From the NCBI GenBank assembly GCA_963740315.1, contig CAVUDP010000004.1, positions 128,001 through 192,000 of the forward strand: DNA of 64,000 bases, read 5' to 3'. This document shows, piece after piece, positions 1-9,848 of the stretch. Positions within the stretch are counted from its first letter, which is position 1, and each line of letters starts with the position of its first letter. The translations under genes were made by a program, and so were the position numbers. Below the pieces are notes generated by a model. It was not told the origin of the DNA, did not search any database, and saw nothing but the letters and a program-made list of their open reading frames with translations. Origin of the DNA: an uncultured cyanobacterium. GTDB taxonomy: Bacteria; Cyanobacteriota; Cyanobacteriia; Cyanobacteriales; Nostocaceae.

Positions 1-971
1 ATCAGTTGTTCGGCTAAACTGGCGGTATTTTCGCCGATTCTATCAACTCTAGCTACATTACCCTTAGTATCGGTAAGGTATTGCCTGAGTCGGTTACGCA
101 ATACGCTTTGCTGGTAAACCAAATCCTGCACTTGGGGATGAATGTTTGTTAATCTACCTCGTGCTTCTACTAACGCAACTTCGACTTCGCTTAATTTATC
201 TCTAATTGTCTGATATTCTTTGAATTCTTTGAGCCTAACGGAATTTACCGCCGCTCCCGGACTTAATGCTATGCGAGACGATAGCATTCTCACTCTAGCT
301 TCGGCTGCGCTCGCATCAGCTATTGCTTGAGCTTGTTCCGTACTCAAAGTATTGATAGCTGAAATAATCTCTTTGGTTTGCTCGTCGGAATTAACTAAAT
401 TTGTATTTTGCTTAAATTCACTTAGAGCTTGTTGTGCCTTAAACAATTTTTCATAAGCTTGCTTCACTTCCCCTTCCATAAATTGCGATCGCTGTTGTGC
501 TTCATCAAGCCTTAATTCGTGGAGGCGATTGCGAAACGCTACAATTAATGCAGTTGCTCGCGCCTTGGCTAATTCAGGGCTGTTCGCTTCAACGTTGAGG
601 GATATAACTGTAGATTCTTTTTCGGGAGAAACTTCAAACAGTTTCTTAAAACTGCCTAAATTGGAAAATTGATTTTTTTGTGGATCTTTTTCCCATACTT
701 CCTCAACAACGTTGTCGCTCATGGCGATCGAAGTTAGGATATTCAACGGGTTAAGCTGTTGAGAAAAAACTACGCCTTCATCGCGAACACTACCCAATTT
801 ACCTAAATCTGCATCGCTATTGCTAGTTATGTTAGGTAATATCAACTGTGCTTGGCTACTCCACACTTTGGGCGTTATTTTGATGTTAATCGCAGTTATT
901 CCGACTACCAAAACATTCCAAGCTAACAGCAGTTTCCAATGCCTTATTGCTATTTTGGCAATTCTATTCAT
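1..971 (-). CDS. GumC/Wzc-like polysaccharide chain-length determinant (N-terminal part; runs off left edge)
   Basis: Manual translation from ATG at 971: MNRIAKIAIRHWKLLLAWNVLVVGITAI...WSSQAQLILP..., an N-terminal TM helix, then coiled-coil with 'LSEFKQNTNLVNSDEQ' and 'TNIHPQVQDL'. Not in the ORF track because it is truncated. Downstream of the PssD/PssE-like genes. Confidence 0.8.
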   Translation of the reverse strand, partial: MNRIAKIAIRHWKLLLAWNVLVVGITAINIKITPKVWSSQAQLILPNITSNSDADLGKLGSVRDEGVVFSQQLNPLNILTSIAMSDNVVEEVWEKDPQKNQFSNLGSFKKLFEVSPEKESTVISLNVEANSPELAKARATALIVAFRNRLHELRLDEAQQRSQFMEGEVKQAYEKLFKAQQALSEFKQNTNLVNSDEQTKEIISAINTLSTEQAQAIADASAAEARVRMLSSRIALSPGAAVNSVRLKEFKEYQTIRDKLSEVEVALVEARGRLTNIHPQVQDLVYQQSVLRNRLRQYLTDTKGNVARVDRIGENTASLAEQL

Positions 972-1056
972 ACGAACAGCAGGCTCCAAACCTCTGAATA
1001 TTTCTAATTTATAAGATAATGTATCAAAATTAACTATTTTTTGACATTCTGCGCCC

Positions 1057-1539
1057 TCATACCGGATATATCTGCATTAAATGCTCCGCTAATTTTGGCT
1101 CGTCGAATATTTGTCCTTTAAAACTAGGTGGCGGAAATTTTACTGCTCTTTCTAGATTATCTAAACTAGTACAGTAAGTTATCCCTAGTTTTTCTACTCC
1201 TTGAGCGAACCACAATTGATGGTCATCGATATGCTCTTTGTAGCAAGATAAGCGCGGTACCAAAATAAAACAGGCTCCCTGAGCTGCTAATCCCCGCGTT
1301 AAACCTTGACCGGCATGGGATATGATCAATCGAGAGTCTTGGATTGTTTTCATCAATAAGCTCGTCTCGACTATTGGCGCAGTTGTCACGAAAGGATATT
1401 TTGTTAGCGCTGAAACGTCAGTTGTCCCATGCTGCACAAAAACACTTTCCGAAATCACCCCAGTGCTTAAAAGACACTCCAACCAGTCAATAACGCGATC
1501 GAAAGAAAAGGGAATTGTTCCTAATGTTACGGTAATCAT
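1057..1539 (-). CDS. PssE/Cps14G-like glycosyltransferase subunit (Alg13-like, GT28 C-terminal)
   Basis: MITVTLGT...F.R, VQHG, ISHAGQG, LVPRL...EHIDDHQ motifs. Confidence 0.9.
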   Translation of the reverse strand: MITVTLGTIPFSFDRVIDWLECLLSTGVISESVFVQHGTTDVSALTKYPFVTTAPIVETSLLMKTIQDSRLIISHAGQGLTRGLAAQGACFILVPRLSCYKEHIDDHQLWFAQGVEKLGITYCTSLDNLERAVKFPPPSFKGQIFDEPKLAEHLMQIYPV

Positions 1540-1582
1540 TTTTTTTCAAATGAAAGTGACCTCTATACCCAAACCAAAGCCT

Positions 1583-2029
1583 CTAAGCATATCCTTTAAA
1601 AATTGCTTTTGGATACTTACTGCACAAATTGGGCCACTGTACGTAAAATTCATCGCTAAATTTATAAACCAACTTTCCAGATAAACTTAACTCATCCGAA
1701 CGAGAGATACTTTCCACATACACAAACCGTTTACCCAATAATTTGGCAGCAAAAGCAAATCCGACGGCGATGCTAGCCCCTGTTGAAATTACTATGTCCG
1801 GTTGTTCTGCATAAACTATCTTAAACACTTGAGGAATATTCGCGCAAAATGCCCAAATATCCCTGGGAGCTTGATAAGGCAACCAATGAACTTTTTCTTC
1901 TTTCTCTAATAATTTTGTATCTTTTTTCCAGTCAGTCACCCATACCCGTTCGTGATTAGACCAAAACGACTCTAGCCTCCTCATGGTCGAGAAATGACCC
2001 CCAGAAGTACACACCAACATTAACTTCAT
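1583..2029 (-). CDS. PssD/Cps14F-like glycosyltransferase subunit (Alg14-like)
   Basis: MKLMLVCTSGGH, PDIVISTGASIAV, VYVES..R...LSLSGKL, FYVQWP; start moved to ATG at 2029. Confidence 0.9.
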   Translation of the reverse strand: MKLMLVCTSGGHFSTMRRLESFWSNHERVWVTDWKKDTKLLEKEEKVHWLPYQAPRDIWAFCANIPQVFKIVYAEQPDIVISTGASIAVGFAFAAKLLGKRFVYVESISRSDELSLSGKLVYKFSDEFYVQWPNLCSKYPKAIFKGYA

Positions 2030-2967
2030 TAACTTTACACCCCTCTGAGACTTGAGTAGGAACACCAAAATATAGATTTATGCAGGTGAATGTTGAGTTA
2101 GTTCCACGAGTAAAAATAACCCAACTCATTGCAGATAAATCTTAAAACCCAAGCTTGCTAAACTATTTGCGGCATCCAAATAGTCAATCGTTATACAAGC
2201 TCCCTTACTTGGCTTTCAGCTTAAAATGACCAAATGCCAATCCTGAATCAGTTTCAGTAGATTTTTAAATTAGGAAAGTCATACCATTTTTACAATTAAT
2301 ACAGGGAAATTGCCTAGTAGTAATTTATTACTTGCCGATGATTCTAAGCATAACTTACTTGAACCACATATTTGCTTGATACTAACTCAAAATCAGTTTA
2401 TATACTTAATACCCACAAAAAAATCTATATTAACCGCATTAATTGGCTTGCGTCTAACTCAAGTAATTATTTTTACTTGTATGACAAGCGTTATTCATCA
2501 AACTTTAATATAAATAATAACCTAGTTTATACTTAGTTAACTTGACTTTATTAAATTTTTGTTAAGGTAATTTTTGTGAAGATTAGACCCTTGACTAAAA
2601 AGGTATTATACTATATCGCGATCGATTGTACTTAGATTAAACTTCAGCTATGTTAAGTGTAAAATCGTACTTAGATTTGGAAGCTACGTCAAGAGATATA
2701 GTTACTTTTTATACTTGATGGTATCTGTAAAGAGAAAGCGATCGCCCTCATACGATCGGTATGTTCGGTTATCTACGGTGGATTTCCCTCCAAGGGTTAC
2801 TGTCTAACCATAGTGAGAAGCGATAAATTGAGTATGTAGCCTGTAAAGATAAAAAGTAAAAAAGTAAAAGTGCCAATTAGCTGCTAGTGCAAGCAAAACT
2901 AAAGAATATATCTTTTAATAATATTGGCATTAACCATAACTAATATCGTTTTTCGAGCGACTGTATC

Positions 2968-3942
2968 ATGCGTAAAAAATTACAAAGTACCATCAAACCG
3001 TTTTTTAAGTCTCTCTTAGTTGCCTTTCTCGTGTGTACCTTGGTATTTAGCCAAGCACCGTCGGCGTTAGCTGCTCGGAGTGGAGGAAGAATTGGTGGTG
3101 GTTCTTTCAGAATGCCTTCAAGCCGTCCATATTCATCTCCTCGTACCTACGCTCCTCGGGGTGGTGGATATGGTGGTTATCCCGGAGGCGGATTTGGTTT
3201 TCCTTTCCTATTCCCCTTTATAGGTATAGGTGGAGGATTCGGGGGTTTATTTGGAATCTTGATTTTCTTTGCTTTAGCTAACTTTGCAGTCCAAACCTTC
3301 CGTAGAGTTGCTGGTGGCGAAGGAGAAGAAGTCGGCTACAGCAGCAACCCGACAATTTCCGTAACTCGCTTACAAGTAGGCTTATTAGCTCAAGCCCGCG
3401 AATTACAAACCGAACTAAATCAGCTTGCCGAAACAGGCGATACCGACTCATCCGTTGGTAGAGCGCAAATATTACAAGAAGCCAGCTTAGCTTTATTGCG
3501 CCATCCAGAATATTGGGTTTATGCAGGAGGCGGTAGCAATCAAGCGCGTTTGAACTCCGCAGAATCAGAATTTAACCGTTTAGCTTTAGCCGAGCGCAGC
3601 AAATTTGGTAAAGAAACATTATCCAACGTCAACAACCAGTTGAAAGCTGCCGCATCCAACAAAGCTTTACCATCTACCGGAGAAATAGAAAATCCCACCG
3701 ATTTAATTACCCAAGGTCCGGGAGAATATATAGTTGTTACCTTACTCGCAGCAACTTTAGGTAAAACCGAAGTTCCCAACATCAACAGCGCCGACGATTT
3801 GCGTCAAGCACTCAGTCAATTTGGCGGCATTCCCACCGACAAACTGCTTGCCTTCGAGATTTTATGGACTCCCCAAGCAGAAGGCGATACTTTGACTAGC
3901 GATGATTTGCTAACCGAGTATGCTGACTTGAAATTAGTTTAA
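2968..3942 (+). CDS. DUF1517 family protein (FLAP1-like)
   Basis: Signal-like N-terminus, SGGRIGGGSF, Gly-rich segment plus TM, LQVGLL, LALLRHPEYW, ERSKF..ETLSN, WTPQAEGDTL. Confidence 0.85.
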   Translation: MRKKLQSTIKPFFKSLLVAFLVCTLVFSQAPSALAARSGGRIGGGSFRMPSSRPYSSPRTYAPRGGGYGGYPGGGFGFPFLFPFIGIGGGFGGLFGILIFFALANFAVQTFRRVAGGEGEEVGYSSNPTISVTRLQVGLLAQARELQTELNQLAETGDTDSSVGRAQILQEASLALLRHPEYWVYAGGGSNQARLNSAESEFNRLALAERSKFGKETLSNVNNQLKAAASNKALPSTGEIENPTDLITQGPGEYIVVTLLAATLGKTEVPNINSADDLRQALSQFGGIPTDKLLAFEILWTPQAEGDTLTSDDLLTEYADLKLV

Positions 3943-3992
3943 ATTAGTTAGGGGTGAGGAATTATCTTCCCCATCTTCTTACCTTTACATCT

Positions 3993-4020
3993 AAAACCAG
4001 TCCTTTTAGCGGCTGGTTTT
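3993..4020. terminator. Probable bidirectional intrinsic terminator
   Basis: AAAACCAG-tccttttagcgg-CTGGTTTT inverted repeat between convergent genes. Confidence 0.55.
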
Positions 4021-4098
4021 GTTGTAGGCGATCGTTTTAGTGACTCATCGGAATTAATGAAATGAACTAGTATTTTTGATTAGTTTTGAAGGGTAAAA

Positions 4099-4162
4099 AG
4101 GTTCGTAGTAAGAGTTTTAACTCTCCGGATTTGGGGGGAACTAAAGCCCTTACTACGAACCT
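4099..4162. repeat. Short dispersed inverted-repeat element, GTTCGTAGTAAG...CTTACTACGAAC family
   Basis: Terminal IR AGGTTCGTAGTAAG/CTTACTACGAACCT; related copies at about 36936, 43345, 46411-46627, 51690-51720, 54978 and 55080. Confidence 0.85.
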
Positions 4163-4182
4163 GTCAAAATTAATGAAACGCA

Positions 4183-6027
4183 CTAATAATTGCTAACCAC
4201 TAACCGAAAACCACACACCCTCACCCCCCCTTCAGGTTCATTCCAACTGCGGCTGGCGCTACGACAACTATAAGGGCTGAAACTCCACGAGCCTCCGCGA
4301 AGTACCCGACGATGTACGTCTCCCCCAGATTGCCAAACTGAACCATCGGTAGGTGCGCCATCGTAGTTTTTATGCCAGGGATCGGCGCACCATTCCCATA
4401 CTTGTCCGTGCATATCGTATAATCCAAAGTCGTTGGCTAATCCGGAACTGCCTACGGGTTTTGGTTGTTTGTAATGTTTTACTATTGCTTGTATTAGGCG
4501 ATCGCACTCGATATTGCAGTTTACCAATTGGGCATTAATGCTTTTACCGAAGTTAAAGGGGGTGCTAGTACCAGAGCGACAAGCATATTCCCATTCTGCT
4601 TCGCTGGGTAAACGATATTCTCGTCCAGTTTTTTCTCGCAGTCTGGCACAAAATTCCTCTACTTCATACCAAGAGACGTTCTCAACGGGTAAAATCGCAC
4701 CTTTAAATTTTGATGGGTTGGGATTTATGGAACGATTGACTTGTGGTAATGATGCTCCCGCTTTCCATTGAGCTTGAGTTACTGGGTATTTACCCATAAA
4801 AAATGGTTTTAATGTGACAATATGTTGCGGACGTTCGTCAGTATCTCCTTCATTCCTAGACGAACCCATGATAAAGCTACCGCCGGGGATTGATACCATT
4901 TCCAGGTTTATTTCACCGCTCAAATTTTCGATAAATAAGTTCGCTTTTCTACGCCAGCGTTTAATCAAACTACCCGTTTCGTCTACTTTTACCACATTAA
5001 ATTCAAAGCTTTGTAACTCAGGTAATGTTGGTTTTGATGAAACTGCTGGGGGTGTTGTTTCAAGCTCTTTGTTGGATAGTAATGGCGTTACCTGTTTAAA
5101 TACGGAATTTTCAAGCGCTAAATCTTTAAGCACTTCTGCTGCCGATTGATATCTATCTTTAACCAAATGTTGCAGCAGTTTATCTAAAATGTTTCCTAAT
5201 TGCTCGCTAATTGCAATACCTTTTTCCTGCAAAATATCTCGCCACAACCATTCCCCATTCATGGGATCGTAAATGCGATCGCTAAATTCTCCGGTATCAT
5301 CTTGTAACGGTAAACATTGAGTTAACAACCTGACGCAAGTCACCCCCAAAGCATATAAATCGCTTGCGGGAAATACGAATCCAGCCATTTGTTCGGCTGG
5401 TGCGTAACCAATGGTATAAAGTACTGTAGCTTGTCTGGCTAAACTGGTTTGCGTTACTTGTTTGGCTCCACCAAAGTCAATTAATACTAGTTTTCCATCA
5501 CTTTGGCGACGAATAATATTTTCTGGTTTGATATCGCGGTGAATTACTTTATTAGAATGAATAAAATCTAAAACGGGTAATAAATCGGTGAGAATTCCTC
5601 TAATTTTATCTTCATCAAAAGTAGAATCATAAAGTTCCTCTAAAAGAGTTTGTCCTTCAATCAGCTCTTGCACCAAATACAAACTCGAACCTTGTTCAAA
5701 GAAAGCCAACAATCTGGGTATTTGCCAGTGATTTTCTCCCAAATCGTATAGCCTAAACGCTTCTTCTCGGAATAACTTAGCCGCTTTAGCACGTGCTGCA
5801 CTTCCTTCCACTTGCGGAAAAAACTGCTTGATAACACAAGGCGCATCCAATCTATCGGCATCAACAGCAGCATAAGTTTTACTAAAACCGCCGAATCCCA
5901 ACAACCTTGATACGCGATAGCGGTTTCTCAAAAATTTACCAAAATTGCTGACTCCGCAACTGATACAACGTTTATTGCCTTCTACATTAAAGGGATTTGA
6001 GCAATTAGCTTCTTGGCAAATTAACAC
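4183..6027 (-). CDS. Ser/Thr protein kinase with N-terminal 4-Cys prefix and C-terminal FGE-sulfatase (SUMF1) domain
   Basis: CQEANC...CISCG; LGFGGFSKTY, VIKQF, HRDIKPEN, DFG; C-terminal GGSFIMGS, YPVTQAQW, YRLPSEAEWEYACR, GLYDMHG.VWEW, RVLRGGSW, GFRLV. Confidence 0.95.
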   Translation of the reverse strand: MLICQEANCSNPFNVEGNKRCISCGVSNFGKFLRNRYRVSRLLGFGGFSKTYAAVDADRLDAPCVIKQFFPQVEGSAARAKAAKLFREEAFRLYDLGENHWQIPRLLAFFEQGSSLYLVQELIEGQTLLEELYDSTFDEDKIRGILTDLLPVLDFIHSNKVIHRDIKPENIIRRQSDGKLVLIDFGGAKQVTQTSLARQATVLYTIGYAPAEQMAGFVFPASDLYALGVTCVRLLTQCLPLQDDTGEFSDRIYDPMNGEWLWRDILQEKGIAISEQLGNILDKLLQHLVKDRYQSAAEVLKDLALENSVFKQVTPLLSNKELETTPPAVSSKPTLPELQSFEFNVVKVDETGSLIKRWRRKANLFIENLSGEINLEMVSIPGGSFIMGSSRNEGDTDERPQHIVTLKPFFMGKYPVTQAQWKAGASLPQVNRSINPNPSKFKGAILPVENVSWYEVEEFCARLREKTGREYRLPSEAEWEYACRSGTSTPFNFGKSINAQLVNCNIECDRLIQAIVKHYKQPKPVGSSGLANDFGLYDMHGQVWEWCADPWHKNYDGAPTDGSVWQSGGDVHRRVLRGGSWSFSPYSCRSASRSWNEPEGGVRVCGFRLVVSNY

Positions 6028-6493
6028 GATAGATGATTGGGGAATAGGGAGTTAGGAGTTAGGAGTTGGGAGTTTCGCAAGGTGATTCGCCTTATCTCAC
6101 GCTGCTTCTCCATCCCACAAGAGTTTTAGGATATCTTTTTATAATTTATTTATTTGTATTGGTAAGTGTTTTTATCTATGTTGAAGTTGAACGAGCTATT
6201 AGGGATGAAGATTCTAGAAAAATCAATAATTTATGTTTCGGTATTCCTCAAATTTATAACTATTAAAAAGCTATATTTGTATCGAATTTAGCAAGTATTT
6301 ATTAGTCAAATTTTGAGATGCTTCAGACAAATAAATGCTGATATTTATTAATACAATTATTACTATAATTTGAAAAATACAAAAGGATTCTTATATTTTA
6401 GAATAAATATCCTTTCAACACAAAATAATATAGCATAAAGATTGTTTGTGTCAACAGTAATGAAATTAACGAAAGGCGACAAAAAATAAAAGA

Positions 6494-6600
6494 TACAGCA
6501 TTTTGCAGATAAATGAGGTACAACCTTATATTATAGAAAACTTGTGGGATGGGCATCCTTGCCCGTGCAAATGTGCCTCATAAAGATGAAATATGCTGTA
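6494..6600. mobile_element. 107-bp MITE-like element, TACAGCA...TGCTGTA ends
   Basis: Terminal IRs with internal GTGGGATGGGCATCCTTGCCCG hairpin; inverted copy of equal length at 31394-31500. Confidence 0.75.
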
Positions 6601-6687
6601 TGTGGGAAGTAAATTTCAAATTGCTTTGTATGCTTTCTTTCTTGCCCAATACCTTTTGATTAAAATCATTTGGAATCTTGATTACCT

Positions 6688-8193
6688 TTACTGAAGCTCA
6701 TATCTCGTAATAATCGTTACCCCTTGTCTGCCATTAGAACTACTTTTAAGTTTCCATTTACGCGCCATTTTCAAATGATAATCATCTAATCTGCTGTTTC
6801 CGCTACCGCTAAGCAACTGCACATCAGTAACATTACCTTGAGCATCAGCATCAACAGATACCGTTATACTTCCTTCAACTCCTCTATTTTTTGCCCATGA
6901 TGGATAACTTCGATCGCATCTAACACAAGCAGCGCTTCCGTCTCCAACTGAATCACCCGCACCGTTACCCAAGCCGTTACCAGTTCCAGTATCGGTAGTG
7001 TTGGTAGGTGCCGATGCAACATTACCTCCAAAACTTCGCCGTCTTCTTCTGGGAGCATTATCGCTACTTTCGCCAATATTGGAAGTATCGGGTAAAGATG
7101 GTGCTGTATTATTGCTACTAATATTGGTATCTCGGCTTTCCCTAATTCCTGAAAGAGTATCTCTCAACTCTCCACTATCTTGTTGAGTTGTGGCTGGTGG
7201 TTCTATCGGAGGAGTCACGGGATTTGAAAAACTCCGCGCTGTTCTTTTAGAGTTCCTTTCTTGTGTTCGCTGCCGTTTCAAACCCTCGTCAGTTTGAGTT
7301 GTTGCTGGTGGTTCTATCGGAGGAGTCACCGGATTTGTTCTTCTCGAATCTCTTTCTTGAGCGAGCAACTTTTTTAAATCTTCGTCAGCTTCTGTTTGCT
7401 GTGCTGGTGGTTCTGTCGGAGGAGTAACGGGAGTCGAAAATTCTCGTGGTGTACGAATAGAATCTCTTTGTTGTGCGAGCAAATCTTTTAACTCTTGCGA
7501 AGATTCTTGAGTTGGTTTCGGTGGTTCGACAGGAGTTGAAAATTCTCGTGGTGTTCTAGTATCTGGTTTCGGTTTAGGAATATCGTTTTTAACAATGGGT
7601 TCGGGCTTTTCTGGTTTTGGTTGCGGTTTCGGTTCTGGCTTTTGCTCTGGAATAATTGGCTTTTCCCTTACTGCGACGGTCGGAGCAGAAGGTAAAGCAG
7701 GCGATAATGGTTCTTCAAATTGTTTGAATGGTTTAAAGTCTGGTTTCGGAATCGGCTGTTTTACAATAGGTGGTGCTTGAGGAGTGATTCTACTTTGTGT
7801 CGGTATCGGTTGGGATAAAGACGAGAAAGGACTTCCACCACTAATTCGAGACTGGCTCGGTGTGGTGTCTAAGTCGGGTTGTTTTATCTGTGGTTTCGGC
7901 TCTGGTTTCGGTTCTGGTTTTTCTAGTTTCGGCTCTATCTTTTTCGGTTCTGGTTTCGGCTTTGCTTTTACTTCTTCTTTCGGTTCAATTTCTTCTATGG
8001 GAGTATCGAGGAGAGTTATTTCAACTGGTTCATCCTCAACTTCAGGCACCCTATTTAATAAATATTTTCCAATACCGGAAGCTAACAACACTAGATGAAA
8101 TATAAGCGAGCCTAATAAACTGCACGCTAGAAAAATTCTCAGAGCTTTTAATTGTTTATGTCGCTCCTGTAGCGCGGTACTTGAAAAGCTCAT
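6688..8193 (-). CDS. tonB: Energy transducer TonB
   Basis: N-terminal TM with SLLGSLIFH (SHLS-like), long Pro/Lys/Glu-rich linker, C-terminal YP..AK.RGVEGSITVSVD.D..GNV.DVQLLSGSG...LD; divergent from exbBD. Confidence 0.9.
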   Translation of the reverse strand: MSFSSTALQERHKQLKALRIFLACSLLGSLIFHLVLLASGIGKYLLNRVPEVEDEPVEITLLDTPIEEIEPKEEVKAKPKPEPKKIEPKLEKPEPKPEPKPQIKQPDLDTTPSQSRISGGSPFSSLSQPIPTQSRITPQAPPIVKQPIPKPDFKPFKQFEEPLSPALPSAPTVAVREKPIIPEQKPEPKPQPKPEKPEPIVKNDIPKPKPDTRTPREFSTPVEPPKPTQESSQELKDLLAQQRDSIRTPREFSTPVTPPTEPPAQQTEADEDLKKLLAQERDSRRTNPVTPPIEPPATTQTDEGLKRQRTQERNSKRTARSFSNPVTPPIEPPATTQQDSGELRDTLSGIRESRDTNISSNNTAPSLPDTSNIGESSDNAPRRRRRSFGGNVASAPTNTTDTGTGNGLGNGAGDSVGDGSAACVRCDRSYPSWAKNRGVEGSITVSVDADAQGNVTDVQLLSGSGNSRLDDYHLKMARKWKLKSSSNGRQGVTIITRYELQ

Positions 8194-8205
8194 AGTTTAA
8201 AAGTT

Positions 8206-8224
8206 ATTGATATAGATTTGCATT
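8206..8224. promoter_or_regulatory. Putative Fur box upstream of tonB
   Basis: ATTGATATAGATTTGCATT, a 7-1-7 AT-rich IR resembling TGATAAT-N-ATTATCA. Confidence 0.45.
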
Positions 8225-8503
8225 AATTGGTAATTTTAAAAGAATTAATCGTAAAAGTCAATCAATTTTTCCTGATAATTACTTAATAATTTGTTGCAAT
8301 TATCAACTTACAGATACCTTTAATTTGAAGTTGGAATTACATTGCTGCAATAAATACCTTTGTTCTAGTAAAAGCGGTGAAAGTATTGATTTTACGTTTT
8401 TCAAGATTCAGGATATTTTTGATAATAGCCGCACAGCACGCTTCTATAAAAAGTGAAAATACCTTTAGACTTAATTATTGTTGATTTTTAATACTTTGAA
8501 ATG

Positions 8504-8522
8504 ATTGACATATATTCTCATT
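8504..8522. promoter_or_regulatory. Putative Fur box upstream of exbB
   Basis: ATTGACATATATTCTCATT, 7-1-7 pattern, iron-uptake context. Confidence 0.55.
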
Positions 8523-8606
8523 TGTTCTAAGTTAATTTGATAACTACTATGATCTACCTGTGTAGGCATTAGTAATTACTTTCATTAATGCACTTGAGAA
8601 TTATAA

Positions 8607-9260
8607 ATGGGAATAAATAATCTATTCTCGGCAGGTGGCGTAGTCATGATACCGCTGCTGGGGTTTTCGGTATTGGCTTTGGGGCTGATTGTCGAAAGGA
8701 TAAGCTTTTGGCTGAAAATAAATAATCGTCAGACTAGAGTAGTGCGAGATGTCTTAAATCTCTATCGTCGGGATAATGTCGTCGGTGCAATTGATGGATT
8801 GCGGAAGAATGCAGATTTGCCTATTGCGCGGATGTTTCTCACAGCTTTGGAACTAGAAGAGCCGACTCCGGAAGAGTTTCGTTTGGCATTGGAAAGTGAA
8901 GCCCAAGCTGAGATACCTTTACTCAAGCGCTTCCAAAATATATTTGATACTATTATTTCCCTCGCACCACTGCTAGGTCTTTTGGGTACGGTTTTAGGAT
9001 TAATTGGTTCTTTCGCTTCTCTGAATCTTGGTGATGTTGGAGGTTCTCAAACAGCGAATGTAACTGGTGGTATTAGTGAAGCGCTGGTTTCCACGGCTGC
9101 GGGATTAGTTGTAGCGATTTTCACGCTGATGTTTGCTAATACATTTCGAGCCATGTACCAAAGACAAATGGCATTAATTCAAGAATACGGTGGAGAGTTG
9201 GAATTACTTTACCGTCGTCATTACGAACGAGGAATGAAAAATTATGCGTCTACCAGATGA
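8607..9260 (+). CDS. exbB: ExbB/MotA/TolQ proton channel protein
   Basis: GGVVMIPL, APLLGLLGTVLGLI, GGISEALVSTAAGLVVAI. Confidence 0.95.
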   Translation: MGINNLFSAGGVVMIPLLGFSVLALGLIVERISFWLKINNRQTRVVRDVLNLYRRDNVVGAIDGLRKNADLPIARMFLTALELEEPTPEEFRLALESEAQAEIPLLKRFQNIFDTIISLAPLLGLLGTVLGLIGSFASLNLGDVGGSQTANVTGGISEALVSTAAGLVVAIFTLMFANTFRAMYQRQMALIQEYGGELELLYRRHYERGMKNYASTR

Positions 9261-9648
9261 AGCGGATGTACCAGCACAAATTAATATTGTGCCGATGATT
9301 GACGTTATATTCGCAATTTTGACCTTTTTTGTGATGTCAACTCTGTTTTTAACTCGTCAAGAAGGATTACCAGTCAATTTACCTCAAGCATCTTCGGCTA
9401 AAAAAGCGACTCAACCAGCACGAGTCACGCTAACAGTAGATAAGGCTGGTGAAATATTTTTGAATAAACAGCCGATTACTTTGGATAAGTTAGAAGCTGG
9501 GGTAAAAGCAAAAGTCAAACCCGAACAACCTTTAATGGTGGTTTTGAATGCAGACGAAGGGGTGAATCATGGGAAAATAGTCGCGGTGATGGATAAAGTG
9601 CGATTGGTTAAAGGTGCTAGTTTGGCGATCGCCACTCGTCGGGATTGA
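9244..9648 (+). CDS. exbD: Biopolymer transport protein ExbD
   Basis: QINIVPMIDVIFAILTFF, LPVNLP, LNAD..V.HG.IV.VMD; overlaps exbB. Confidence 0.95.
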   Translation: MRLPDEADVPAQINIVPMIDVIFAILTFFVMSTLFLTRQEGLPVNLPQASSAKKATQPARVTLTVDKAGEIFLNKQPITLDKLEAGVKAKVKPEQPLMVVLNADEGVNHGKIVAVMDKVRLVKGASLAIATRRD

Positions 9649-9848
9649 TTCAATCAATTTTGGTTTTTAACTTTGTTTTTTTAACTAATTAATTACGTAT
9701 ATTGCGACATATTTTTGTAGGGTGCTGTGACACTTATAGAAATTCTGAACGTAGTAATAATGTTTTTAGTGTCACGCACCAACCGGGTTCACCAGACAAT
9801 TGCGTAAGTCTTAAAAGATTATATAATATCCGAATATATAAAAATCAT

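Noticed and set aside
820..1014. 64-aa plus-strand ORF
   Set aside because: Antisense to the GumC-like gene start.
9702..9848. N-terminal extension of AraC
   Set aside because: Runs through a REP/MITE remnant; ATG 9849 is a more plausible start.
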